From NCBI GenBank assembly GCA_039680575.1, contig JBDKSP010000071.1:1-64000 (forward strand): DNA of 64,000 bases. The letters are read 5' to 3'. Position 1 is the stretch's first letter. Each line of letters starts with the position of its first letter. Below the pieces are notes generated by a model. That model was not told where the DNA came from and did no database searches. It worked only from the letters and a program-made list of their open reading frames with translations. This DNA comes from Armatimonadota bacterium (GTDB lineage: Bacteria > Armatimonadota > UBA5829 > DTLH01). A program made the position numbers and the translations under genes. Positions 28,673 to 37,256 of this stretch are shown in pieces.

Positions 28673-29773
28673 TCACGCATTAACTGTCTCGGCACGGCGC
28701 CGGAAGAACATCAGCGCAATTGCGCCCAAGCCGAAGATAATCACCGCAAGCCGTACCAGCCCTCCAAGAACAGGTATTGCTCCGAGTATATAGATTATGA
28801 AAAGCCCCAATAGAAGCTGCAGCCATATAGTCCGGCCTCTTAGAGTCAGCGCCCCGACCGCCAGGGCTGCGACTATAACGGCAACCATGAGCGCAATGAT
28901 ATAGATAAACAGGAGAGTCAGTCCTATTGGGATCCCGATGAGCGTTATAAAAACGATAACTGCGGCAATCGGAGTGATTATAAGCGCTATAAAACCCGCG
29001 AGCGCTGACCAACCCGGCGCTGAAATTACCCGTAGAGCCGTTTCCGCCGACCACCTCGGGAAAAGCGCTACCATGACCACCCCGAAAACGAACATCGTCA
29101 AAAATCCGAAGATTGCCCGTGTAACCTTGCCCGGACCTTTCGGCGCTGCTGCTTTTCGAGGTATTCTCTGTTCGATTTTACCCGTAATCCGCGCGCCCTC
29201 CCCGATATTTGCTTTGCTCCGGCTTTCGTAGATGAAATTCCCTCCGATAACCGTCCCCGGCATTATCGAAATATTGTTACCGCTCGCCAGCACATCTCCG
29301 CGGATGTTTCCGCCGATACTGAGGTTTGTCCCAGTTGCCTTCAGGTTCCGGCCAATGGTCCCGCGCGTGGTCACATTGGTCCCAGCCAAGAGCATATCCC
29401 TCGATATATTCGATGTATCATCAACATTGACGCTGTTTCCTGCAATGATGACATTTCTGGCGCTCAGCCCCTGAACATTTACATTCTGTCCGGCTGCGGC
29501 GACCATCTGCTTAACCCCACGTACGTTCACATTTTGACCTGCTGCTCCCAGAAACCCGGTTACAAGACCTGCGACGTTTACAGTCTCTCCTGCAACAAGA
29601 GCTGTCCCGGCCACATTGCCCGACATATCGACGTTATTTCCGGCAGCAAGAAGGTCATCTTTGACTGCAGTTTTTTCAGGCACCACAACCGATCTGCTCG
29701 ATCTCAGATCGACTGCACCCGCCTGTGCGACTACAGCAGCGATAATCACGACCAAAAGAACTAATCTAGACAC
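28673..29773 (-). CDS. Polymer-forming (bactofilin-like) beta-helix protein with C-terminal membrane domain
   Basis: Signal peptide, repeated AAG.NV.V.G.V motifs, about 5 C-terminal TM helices; GTG start after GGAGG. Confidence 0.75.
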   Translation of the reverse strand: MSRLVLLVVIIAAVVAQAGAVDLRSSRSVVVPEKTAVKDDLLAAGNNVDMSGNVAGTALVAGETVNVAGLVTGFLGAAGQNVNVRGVKQMVAAAGQNVNVQGLSARNVIIAGNSVNVDDTSNISRDMLLAGTNVTTRGTIGRNLKATGTNLSIGGNIRGDVLASGNNISIMPGTVIGGNFIYESRSKANIGEGARITGKIEQRIPRKAAAPKGPGKVTRAIFGFLTMFVFGVVMVALFPRWSAETALRVISAPGWSALAGFIALIITPIAAVIVFITLIGIPIGLTLLFIYIIALMVAVIVAALAVGALTLRGRTIWLQLLLGLFIIYILGAIPVLGGLVRLAVIIFGLGAIALMFFRRRAETVNA

Positions 29774-30128
29774 TTGTTTTCCTCCAATTCTAATGCCAAA
29801 TATGTAAGTCATGTCCCAAATTCAGACCTTATGACAGGCACAGGCATCGGTTGTGACAGGATTATCAATTCCTTTTTGCGTTTAGCGAGCCTATCACCCG
29901 CCAGGAGCGTTATTCTGGTAAGCCATAGCAAAACGTGACTTGCTGCTCATATGCTTCCCACTGTCTATCTTATACCTCTCCCCATTCTTCCCCTGCTTGT
30001 AATGTAGGAAACGACTGCTGTATGAGAAGAAAATCCGGGCTAATGAAAATCTTTGTTCTTCGCGGCTGGGCGATGTAATTACTCCCGATTACGCGCAAAA
30101 CTAAACGATTCCTAGTATTTCTACGGGT

Positions 30129-30154
30129 GGATTACCGTAGCAGGCATGGGGTAT
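30129..30154 (+). promoter_or_regulatory. Putative SigB/SigF-like promoter
   Basis: GGATT-15-GGGTAT upstream of the CBS-GGDEF gene. Confidence 0.5.
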
Positions 30155-30260
30155 ACTGCTATATGATAGGTTGCTATCGCCTGGGAGGGTTCAATTACCC
30201 GAAACACTCAGGAAGATTTTCGGCCGTAGTTGAACCGAAAATCCATAGAAGAACAATTCG

Positions 30261-31598
30261 ATGAAGACACTCAAAGATGTTATGAGCGCCGATGTGGTAT
30301 GGATCAGTCCGGCGCAACAAGTCAAATCCGCGATATTCCTGCTCAAGGGACATGGGATAGATGCCCTTCCGGTCGTCTACGCCCACGACTCCGTCGTCGG
30401 AATGCTCTATTGTTCTTCTCTCATAGGTCAGAACCAGGATTCGTCCGTTATGGACGTTATGGATAAGAACTACACCGCCGTCCCGTCGGATACACCGGTC
30501 TACCAGGCCGCCGAAATGATGAAAGTCGGCGGAAACAGCCATCTTCTCGTCGTCGATGCCGGAAAGCTCATCGGCATTGTCTCCCGAAGCGACATCGTAG
30601 CGGAACTCGGTAAGTCCTACGATACCTTGACGAAGCTGCCATGGCAGGACGCGTTCAGAGAATGGGGTATAAGCGCTCTCGACCACGGGTTCGAGATTTC
30701 CGTCATCCTCATCGATCTCGATTCGTTCGGCAAATTCAACAAAAGGTATGGGCATGTGATAGGTGATAATGTGCTGAAGTCCGTGGCTGAGATTTTATCG
30801 TCATCCGCCGATCCGGAGAAGGACTTTCTATGCCGGTATGCAGGCGATGAGTTCGCAATTGCCAGCTATCGGAAGTCAAATGAGGCGACGGAGTTCGGCA
30901 GACAGTTGATGGAAAAGATCTCCAGGATTGAGATCCCCGGCCTGTCCGAAAAAATCAGCGCGACATTCGGTATGGCCGGAGGCCGGAGGTCTGGCGGACG
31001 TGAACAGGTCCACTCTGCTGCAATGCTGGATGATCTTATCACCAATGCGAGCTTGAATTGTACCGCATCGAAGCCTGTAAAAGCAGAAGAACCGGCAAAA
31101 CCGACCCCGACCGAGATACAACAGGTCCAACCTGCAGCTCCGCCGGTAGAGACACCCATCCAAGCTGTGACACCTCGCGCGCAGCAGACAAGGCTGAAGA
31201 TTCAGACCATCCGGCTCTCTACAAGCCCGGCTGAGACTACGGTCCAAGTCGTGCTCTCACTCGGAGATACGGAGTTCTCTCATTCCGTGACCGGTTACTC
31301 TACCGGAGGGAGAAGTCTCCTGAGGCTGGTTGCTGAAGCAACTGCTTCGGCGGCGTCCAAGTCGCTCCCGGCAGATCACGGCATTATGATCGACGATGTG
31401 ATTACATTCAAAGCAGGGGATGACAGAGAGGTAGTATCGGTCATTGCGACTCTGATTACAACGAGAAACAGCAATACATGCGCCGGGAGCGCGGTTGTAA
31501 AACACGCTGACCCCTACCGCGCCGCTGCCGCCGCACTGCTTTCCGCGACGAACCGCCAGTTATCGCTGATACCGAAAGAGGGAGCAGGTAAAATGTAG
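30261..31598 (+). CDS. CBS-pair + GGDEF (AGDEF variant) + C-terminal domain of unknown function
   Basis: Two CBS domains; DLDSFGKFNKRYGHVIGD...RYAGDEF; PAE-rich linker. Confidence 0.88.
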   Translation: MKTLKDVMSADVVWISPAQQVKSAIFLLKGHGIDALPVVYAHDSVVGMLYCSSLIGQNQDSSVMDVMDKNYTAVPSDTPVYQAAEMMKVGGNSHLLVVDAGKLIGIVSRSDIVAELGKSYDTLTKLPWQDAFREWGISALDHGFEISVILIDLDSFGKFNKRYGHVIGDNVLKSVAEILSSSADPEKDFLCRYAGDEFAIASYRKSNEATEFGRQLMEKISRIEIPGLSEKISATFGMAGGRRSGGREQVHSAAMLDDLITNASLNCTASKPVKAEEPAKPTPTEIQQVQPAAPPVETPIQAVTPRAQQTRLKIQTIRLSTSPAETTVQVVLSLGDTEFSHSVTGYSTGGRSLLRLVAEATASAASKSLPADHGIMIDDVITFKAGDDREVVSVIATLITTRNSNTCAGSAVVKHADPYRAAAAALLSATNRQLSLIPKEGAGKM

Positions 31599-31623
31599 TG
31601 GCCGGTCTCCGTGCCGGCCTTAT

Positions 31624-31830
31624 TTTTGAAACGCGAATTACACGGATTTAACGGATTTCGCAGATGGTAGAGACTCGAAGCATCTACCCATATGCTTCTG
31701 TGCTTCGGGACCGCAGTTCGTCCCGAAGCACAAATCTCCACTAATTCGATAAGTATTCCTGCAATCACTTTCCGCGTCTTTCGTGCTGCTTCGCGTTCTT
31801 CGCGATTCAAAACCTGACTGCTGACAGCTA
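31624..31830. repeat. Composite intergenic palindromic element, copy B (inverted relative to copy C)
   Basis: TTTGAAACGCGAA...TTCGCGATTCAAA outer IR; inner GTGCTTCGGGAC..GTCCCGAAGCAC; heptamer tail. Confidence 0.8.
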
Positions 31831-32799
31831 TAAAAGCATCTCCACGAAGCTTTCAATCCTCACGCGCGTACGGGCATCTATCGGACCGGGGGACTCCCCT
31901 TCGAGCGTCAGAATCGGGATATCGATGTTATTCCGCACGATCAGGTCCTGAATCTGCCTGAAGCAGAAGCTCTGAGTGTAGTGGATCAGCCCGTCAATCT
32001 CTCTCCGCTCGATCTCGCGCTTGATGTCCTCGAGACGCCCGAAAATATCGTAGGGATAAGTATATCTCGCATACTGCTCGACGATGTCATCCGTCTCGAA
32101 CGGCATGGAAAACTGCCGCTGGACCTCGTTGAAGACTACTGACGTTCCGCGTTCCTCCAAAAGCTGGTATAGGTCGTTAAAAATCGAAGGAATACCCGCA
32201 TAACCGAGCCTTATCTGCGACTTTTTCGGCTCGCGGGACTTCGTTTCTGCTATAAAACTATCTATTTCTCGCTCGAACTTGTCCGGGTCGCCCCAGAAGT
32301 CGCTCGCGCTCACCTGCCAGAGGTGGTTTTCGAGCCCTGAGACCTTACCGTCTTTCCAGGTCAGCTCATCGACCTGCCAGACTTTCCTGCGGATGCCGTC
32401 CAGCTGCGCTTTCCAGTCATAGACATCCGACCAGTCCGCATCGAGGCGGTCTGCCAGCTTGCGGAGCTGCATCGCGAGTATATCCCGGTCACGACCGTAT
32501 GGAAACGCGAACGGGATGATCTCAACACCCATCATTTCGAGCGTTTCCATCATCGCCTGCGTCTGGCTGCAGTCGCCTTCCACAGCAGCGATAACGGTTT
32601 TGATCCCCTTCGCAAGCGCGGTGCCGTAGATCCCCTTTATCCACCCGCAGACGTTTCTGGGGTAACCGTCATGCTCCGCGCGAATGACCATCTCCTGCGG
32701 ATCATCCGAAGCTATGAAGATGTTGTTCAGGTCTACCGGCACATGTCCGGCTGCGTAGACTACCTCTATTGGGACTGTTGTTGTAATTCCGATTTCCAT
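31828..32799 (-). CDS. 2-hydroxyacyl-CoA dehydratase subunit D-like Fe-S protein
   Basis: PIEVVYAAG, GYPRNVCGWIK, EGDCS, QSFCFR, PILTLEG, TRVRIESFVEML. Confidence 0.85.
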   Translation of the reverse strand: MEIGITTTVPIEVVYAAGHVPVDLNNIFIASDDPQEMVIRAEHDGYPRNVCGWIKGIYGTALAKGIKTVIAAVEGDCSQTQAMMETLEMMGVEIIPFAFPYGRDRDILAMQLRKLADRLDADWSDVYDWKAQLDGIRRKVWQVDELTWKDGKVSGLENHLWQVSASDFWGDPDKFEREIDSFIAETKSREPKKSQIRLGYAGIPSIFNDLYQLLEERGTSVVFNEVQRQFSMPFETDDIVEQYARYTYPYDIFGRLEDIKREIERREIDGLIHYTQSFCFRQIQDLIVRNNIDIPILTLEGESPGPIDARTRVRIESFVEMLL

Positions 32800-32805
32800 T
32801 TTTAT

Positions 32806-33080
32806 TAGCTATCAGTTATCAGCTTTCAGCCGTCAGGCTTTGAATCGCGAATTGCGCGAAGCAGCACGGAAAACGCGAAAAAGGATTGGTGGAGATTTAT
32901 GCTTCGGCCATTTGAGATCCTTCGCCTACGGCTCAATAGGATGACATATCAATCAAGCACAACGTCATGCTGAACTTGATTCAGCATCCAGGAATACTTA
33001 TCGAATTAGTGGAAAATCGTGCTTCTCCCCGTGGCCCAATAGGTCCACGGGGTAGGATGAACCGCGGTCCCGAAGCATAG
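32806..33080. repeat. Composite intergenic palindromic element, copy C, with two internal insertions
   Basis: Colinear with the reverse complement of copy B except for inserts at ~32889-32987 and ~33025-33053. Confidence 0.8.
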
Positions 33081-33125
33081 TGCTGCTTCCGCAATCCAAA
33101 TTTTTGTTCCCTGTTCCCTAAAATC

Positions 33126-33875
33126 CTACCTTATCCCCAGCGCCTTGTGCAACTGAGGGAGGATGCGGACATCGTCGAGTTCTTCGGAGGCTATCGCATG
33201 CATCCTCAGAAGCTGGGGGAGCGCCGGCGGCTTAGTCCCTTCATCCGAGAACGGAGTGACCGGCTGCAAAATCAGCGGAACAGGCTTCGCTCCGGCTATT
33301 GTCTCTGCACACCGGCGGATTTCGGCATCCGTAGTCTCCGATGTCACTACAGCCTTTACGAAGACCTTCGCGCGTTTCGCAGCCTTCAAAAATCTTGCAT
33401 GCAGCTCGAACAGGTCTCCGACACTCGATGCGGACTGGAGCTTGAAGTCCATCGCTATCACATCCACCTGCCCGGCAAGCCGCGCGACTTCATCCGGCTT
33501 CGTCCCGTTCGTCTCAAGGTGGACACGGTAGCCCTTGCTCCTGAGCGAAGGCAAAAGTTTGACCAGAAAATCACTTTGCAAGAGCGGCTCGCCGCCGGTC
33601 AGTGAAACGTCTCCGTAAACTGCGAGTGACTCGATAGCTTCGACTACGTCATCCACCACGAGAGGGTTCTGCATATACGCGAAATCGCCTCTGCCCGGAG
33701 TCTTTTCGACCGAACAGAACGGTTTTTGCCTGTCCCTGGACGTCGGTGTGTCGCAGTAGTCGCAGTTCAGATTGCAACCACAGAAACGGACGAACACCTG
33801 TGGACGCCCCGTATAAATTCCCTCGCCCTGTATCGAGGTGAATATCTCTGATATAAACGCTGTCGGTGAAGACAT
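33126..33875 (-). CDS. queE: 7-carboxy-7-deazaguanine synthase (radical SAM)
   Basis: EIFTSIQGEG, FVRFCGCNLNCDYCDT, TGGEP, ETNG, PQLHK. Confidence 0.92.
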   Translation of the reverse strand: MSSPTAFISEIFTSIQGEGIYTGRPQVFVRFCGCNLNCDYCDTPTSRDRQKPFCSVEKTPGRGDFAYMQNPLVVDDVVEAIESLAVYGDVSLTGGEPLLQSDFLVKLLPSLRSKGYRVHLETNGTKPDEVARLAGQVDVIAMDFKLQSASSVGDLFELHARFLKAAKRAKVFVKAVVTSETTDAEIRRCAETIAGAKPVPLILQPVTPFSDEGTKPPALPQLLRMHAIASEELDDVRILPQLHKALGIR

Positions 33876-33897
33876 AGTGTAATTCCTTAATTAAATA

Positions 33898-34767
33898 TTA
33901 TAAAGCTTCTGCCGCGATCTGCGCAGCCATCTCATAATCCCCAAAAGGAGGCATAAAGTATGCACCTGCAGCCAAATCCTTTGCCTGCCGCAGAAACTCC
34001 ACAGCAATATCGATGCCTGTCGCCCGCGCGTGTTCCTCGTCGGCATTTCTTATACGCATTCTGATATGCTCCGGGACGTCAATTCCCGGCACTTCGTTAT
34101 GCAAATATTCGGCATGTTTCGAGCTTTTTAACGGGAGCACGCCGACAAGTACGGGTATTTTACTACCTTCGACCAACTTTGCAAACTTTTCAAGGACTGC
34201 CAGATCGTACACCGGCTGCGTGAGGGCGAAATGAGCTCCGGCCTCCATTTTCTTCTCCAGCCTGCCGATCTCCTTTGGAAGATCGCTCGAAGCCGGATTG
34301 ACCGCCACTCCAATGCAGAACTTCGGCGGCTCGGAGAGCGAATTACCCGCGAGGTCCGTCCCGCTGTTCAACCGGCTGATTACCCGCACCAGTCCTTCGC
34401 TAGTTACATCGAAAACACCTGTTGCCTGCGGATAATCCCCGATGCTGACCGGGTCGCCGGTCAGCGCAAGCACGTTGTGAACCCCAAGCGCATAAGCGCC
34501 GAGGAGGTCCGACTGCAGGCTGAGCAGGTTTCGGTCCCGGCAGGTCATATGCAGGATCGTATCTACACCCATGCACTCGCGCAAGAGGTGGGCAAGCGCA
34601 ACCGGACTCATCCTGACCCTTGCCATAGGGCTGTCAGCGATGTTTATAGCATCGAACCCGCGCAGGACGGATGCTTTTCCGATTGTTTTCTCGATGGCGA
34701 CACCGCGCGGCGGGTCGATCTCCACTGTAGTTACGAATTTTTTTCCGAGTTTGTCTCTAAGCGCCAT
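33898..34767 (-). CDS. Methylenetetrahydrofolate reductase (YitJ C-terminal-type)
   Basis: VEIDPPRG, NIADSPMARVRMS, HMTCRDRN, LTGDP, TQPVYD. Confidence 0.9.
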   Translation of the reverse strand: MALRDKLGKKFVTTVEIDPPRGVAIEKTIGKASVLRGFDAINIADSPMARVRMSPVALAHLLRECMGVDTILHMTCRDRNLLSLQSDLLGAYALGVHNVLALTGDPVSIGDYPQATGVFDVTSEGLVRVISRLNSGTDLAGNSLSEPPKFCIGVAVNPASSDLPKEIGRLEKKMEAGAHFALTQPVYDLAVLEKFAKLVEGSKIPVLVGVLPLKSSKHAEYLHNEVPGIDVPEHIRMRIRNADEEHARATGIDIAVEFLRQAKDLAAGAYFMPPFGDYEMAAQIAAEAL

Positions 34768-34771
34768 TGAG

Positions 34772-35635
34772 TTACCTCCCCAGCGCCTTAGCGATTGCGC
34801 GGATGTGCTCTGGAGTAGTCCCGCAGCATCCGCCGATTATCGCCACGCCCAAATCAGCAAACTGGCGGGCATAATCGGCCATGTACGCCGGTCCGCTGAC
34901 ATATACCAGTCGCCCGTCCACGAACTGAGGAAATCCTGCGTTCGGCTGGGCTATGACCGGTTTTGTGGCGACGGCAACCATTTCGCGCACTACGTTCAAC
35001 ATATCATGAAACCCTGTGCCGCAGTTAGCGCCGACGACATCCGCACCGAGCTCCTCGAATGTCTTGACAGCGGTCGCAGGGTCGACTCCCATCATAGTCC
35101 GGCCTTCCTGCGAAAACGACATCTGCGCGACTACCGGAATCCCAGTCGCCTTTGCGGCACTCACGGCGGCGGTGGCCTCGTTCAGATCGGCCATCGTCTC
35201 TACGAAGATGACATCCACTCCGCCTTCTTTCAGCGCTTCGGCCTGCTCATCGAAGACTTCGCGGGCTTCATCGACCGAAAGCGCGCCGTAAGGTTCCAGA
35301 ATCTTCCCTGTCGAACCCATAGAGCCTGCCACAACGATACCGCCTTTTGCTTCTTCTCTTGCTATCCGCGCGCCTGCCAGGTTGATCTCCCTTACGGAAC
35401 CGGCAAGTCCATGAGCTGCAAGCCTGATGCGGTTGGCTCCGAATGTGTTCGTTTCGAGGATTTGCGCTCCAGAATTAGCATAATCGTGGTGGATTTGGCG
35501 GATAAGGTCTACATTGGTCAAATTGATACTGTCGAGGCACTGGTCCATCCTGCCGCTTCGGCGGTGGATCTCCGTGCCCACAGCACCGTCGCAGATGACC
35601 GGCTTATGCTCGATCAGGTCGAGAAATTTGCTCAT
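34772..35635 (-). CDS. Homocysteine S-methyltransferase family protein (YitJ N-terminal-type)
   Basis: DGAVGTE, ETNTFGAN, GANC, PNAG.P, IGGCCGTTPEHI. Confidence 0.92.
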   Translation of the reverse strand: MSKFLDLIEHKPVICDGAVGTEIHRRSGRMDQCLDSINLTNVDLIRQIHHDYANSGAQILETNTFGANRIRLAAHGLAGSVREINLAGARIAREEAKGGIVVAGSMGSTGKILEPYGALSVDEAREVFDEQAEALKEGGVDVIFVETMADLNEATAAVSAAKATGIPVVAQMSFSQEGRTMMGVDPATAVKTFEELGADVVGANCGTGFHDMLNVVREMVAVATKPVIAQPNAGFPQFVDGRLVYVSGPAYMADYARQFADLGVAIIGGCCGTTPEHIRAIAKALGR

Positions 35636-35997
35636 TATTCCTCCCAATAGCTGGCAGCGGCTGAATCAGTCTCCCAGACAGTAACTTTCTTTACCTGGCT
35701 GGCGAACTTTTTGCTCATTTTTCCGTATATGTAGCAGGCAAGGTTCTCGGCTGTTGGGTTGGTCTCAGTGAAATCCGGCAATTCGTTCAGGTACGTATGG
35801 TCGAGCGATTTCATTATATCTCTTAAGGCCGACCGGACAGACCTAAAATCGGCAGCCATCCCGATCTTGTCGAGGTTCGGCGTGCGAAGGAGGACCTGCA
35901 CCTTGTAGGTGTGCCCATGCAGGCGTTCACAGTCTCCCGGATAGCCGCGAAGACAGTGTGCGGCATCGAATTTCTCTTCAACAAGTATATCGAACAT
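35635..35997 (-). CDS. queD: 6-carboxy-5,6,7,8-tetrahydropterin synthase
   Basis: FDAAHCL..YPGDCERLHGHTY, LDH.YLN, NPTAENLA, VWET. Confidence 0.93.
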   Translation of the reverse strand: MFDILVEEKFDAAHCLRGYPGDCERLHGHTYKVQVLLRTPNLDKIGMAADFRSVRSALRDIMKSLDHTYLNELPDFTETNPTAENLACYIYGKMSKKFASQVKKVTVWETDSAAASYWEE

Positions 35998-36063
35998 GGG
36001 AAATACCGCCTTCCTTGACGGAATTGCGAAATGTCCGCGGTTTGCTGCTCCGCGAACTGTGAT

Positions 36064-36092
36064 ATTATACCTATGGTAGAGGTACGCGTCAA
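36064..36092 (-). promoter_or_regulatory. sigma70 promoter of the queD operon
   Basis: TTGACG-17-TATAAT. Confidence 0.75.
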
Positions 36093-36101
36093 GAATCGAC
36101 C

Positions 36102-36177
36102 GTAAGAGTTCACTCTTAATGAGAGATTGTACATCAATCTGAATAACCCGCACGTCATCATGGAAGGACGTCACCCT
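36102..36177 (+). repeat. 76-bp dispersed repeat (second copy at 42432-42507)
   Basis: 68/76 identical by manual alignment. Confidence 0.85.
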
Positions 36178-36190
36178 TAACAACCAGCAC

Positions 36191-36326
36191 GTCACCCTGA
36201 ACTAAGGAGTTTCAGGTATTACCTGAAACTCTCCCCGGAAGATTTTCGGCTATAGCCGAAAATCCATAGATTCAGGGTCCATTCTTTTCCTGGATGCTGA
36301 GTCAAGCTCAGCAGCATGACGTTGTG
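36191..36326. repeat. REP-like doublet GTCACCCTGAAC..GATTCAGGGTC / GGATGCTGA..TCAGCATGAC, interrupted by a MITE
   Basis: The second half is an inverted near-copy of 32958-32993. Confidence 0.7.
36205..36266. mobile_element. Twin-hairpin MITE-like element with apparent TA target duplication
   Basis: TA|AGGAGTTTCAGG..CCTGAAACTC-TCCCCGGAA-GATTTTCGGC..GCCGAAAATCCA|TA; removing it restores the palindrome GTCACCCTGAACTAGATTCAGGGTC. Confidence 0.7.
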
Positions 36327-36408
36327 GTCATTCGGAATGATGTTATACTCATCAACTCTGAACTATTACAAAGAATGGGTAGAATCAAAAGGGGATGAGG
36401 GTAAAAAC

Positions 36409-37125
36409 GTGGCTGTTGAAACTCGAATTACGATCAGTTGTGCAAGTCATAATGGCTCGAAAGAAGTAAATGAAGACGGGTATCTTACGCTCGTGGGTGA
36501 GTCGGCACCATGTGGAACGCTCGGACTCCTGGCTGTGGCTGACGGCATCGGCGGGCGGGCGACAGGATCGCAGGCAAGTGAGCTTGCCCTGAAGACCCTC
36601 GCGGAAGTCTTTTCAGCCGGATGCACTGTTGCGAATAAATCTGTGTCGGATGTGCCTCACCTGCTCAGGTTCGCGCTCCAGAAGGCAAATGCGGCCGTCT
36701 TCCGTGCCCAGACAGAAGATGAATCCCTTAAGGGGATGGGGACTACATGCGTCGCCGCCGCTCTGACGGATAAAGAGATCCACATTGTCTCCGTCGGAGA
36801 CAGCCGGGCTTACATATACCGGCATAATGACCTCATACCTCTCACGAAAGATGAATGGATAAAACAACCGAACGGTGTGACGCTGGTCAACCACGCGGTG
36901 GGCTGGCAGCCGCTGCTCCCGGTCGAGCCTTCCAGTGTCGAGGCGCAAGCCGGAGACCTGCTTCTCCTATGCACGGACGGACTGACGGACGTGATCCCGG
37001 AGGAGGTAATCCTCGAAGTGCTGGCTTCCTGGGATGACCAGACCTGCACATTGCTTACCGATGCTGCCGCGCTTTATCCGAATTCGGACAATGTAACGGT
37101 AATTATTGCGAGAATAGAAGATTAG
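36409..37125 (+). CDS. PP2C-family Ser/Thr protein phosphatase
   Basis: NEDG, AVADGIGG, GMGTT, VGDSRAY, LLCTDGL, DNVT. Confidence 0.92.
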   Translation: MAVETRITISCASHNGSKEVNEDGYLTLVGESAPCGTLGLLAVADGIGGRATGSQASELALKTLAEVFSAGCTVANKSVSDVPHLLRFALQKANAAVFRAQTEDESLKGMGTTCVAAALTDKEIHIVSVGDSRAYIYRHNDLIPLTKDEWIKQPNGVTLVNHAVGWQPLLPVEPSSVEAQAGDLLLLCTDGLTDVIPEEVILEVLASWDDQTCTLLTDAAALYPNSDNVTVIIARIED

Positions 37126-37256
37126 ATCATACCATTTGTCATCTTATACCTTGACAATGAGTCAAAAAAGGAACAATCTGGAACGCAGGCAAGTCTTTGT
37201 AAGTAATTTAGCAGCCTGGCAGGGTCAGATTGTGCCATCCACAAGGGAGACGACAA

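Noticed and set aside
31624..33080. Repeats considered as a CRISPR array or integron attC cassettes
   Set aside because: No regular repeat-spacer periodicity, no cas or integrase gene, and no clear GTTRRRY/RYYYAAC ends.
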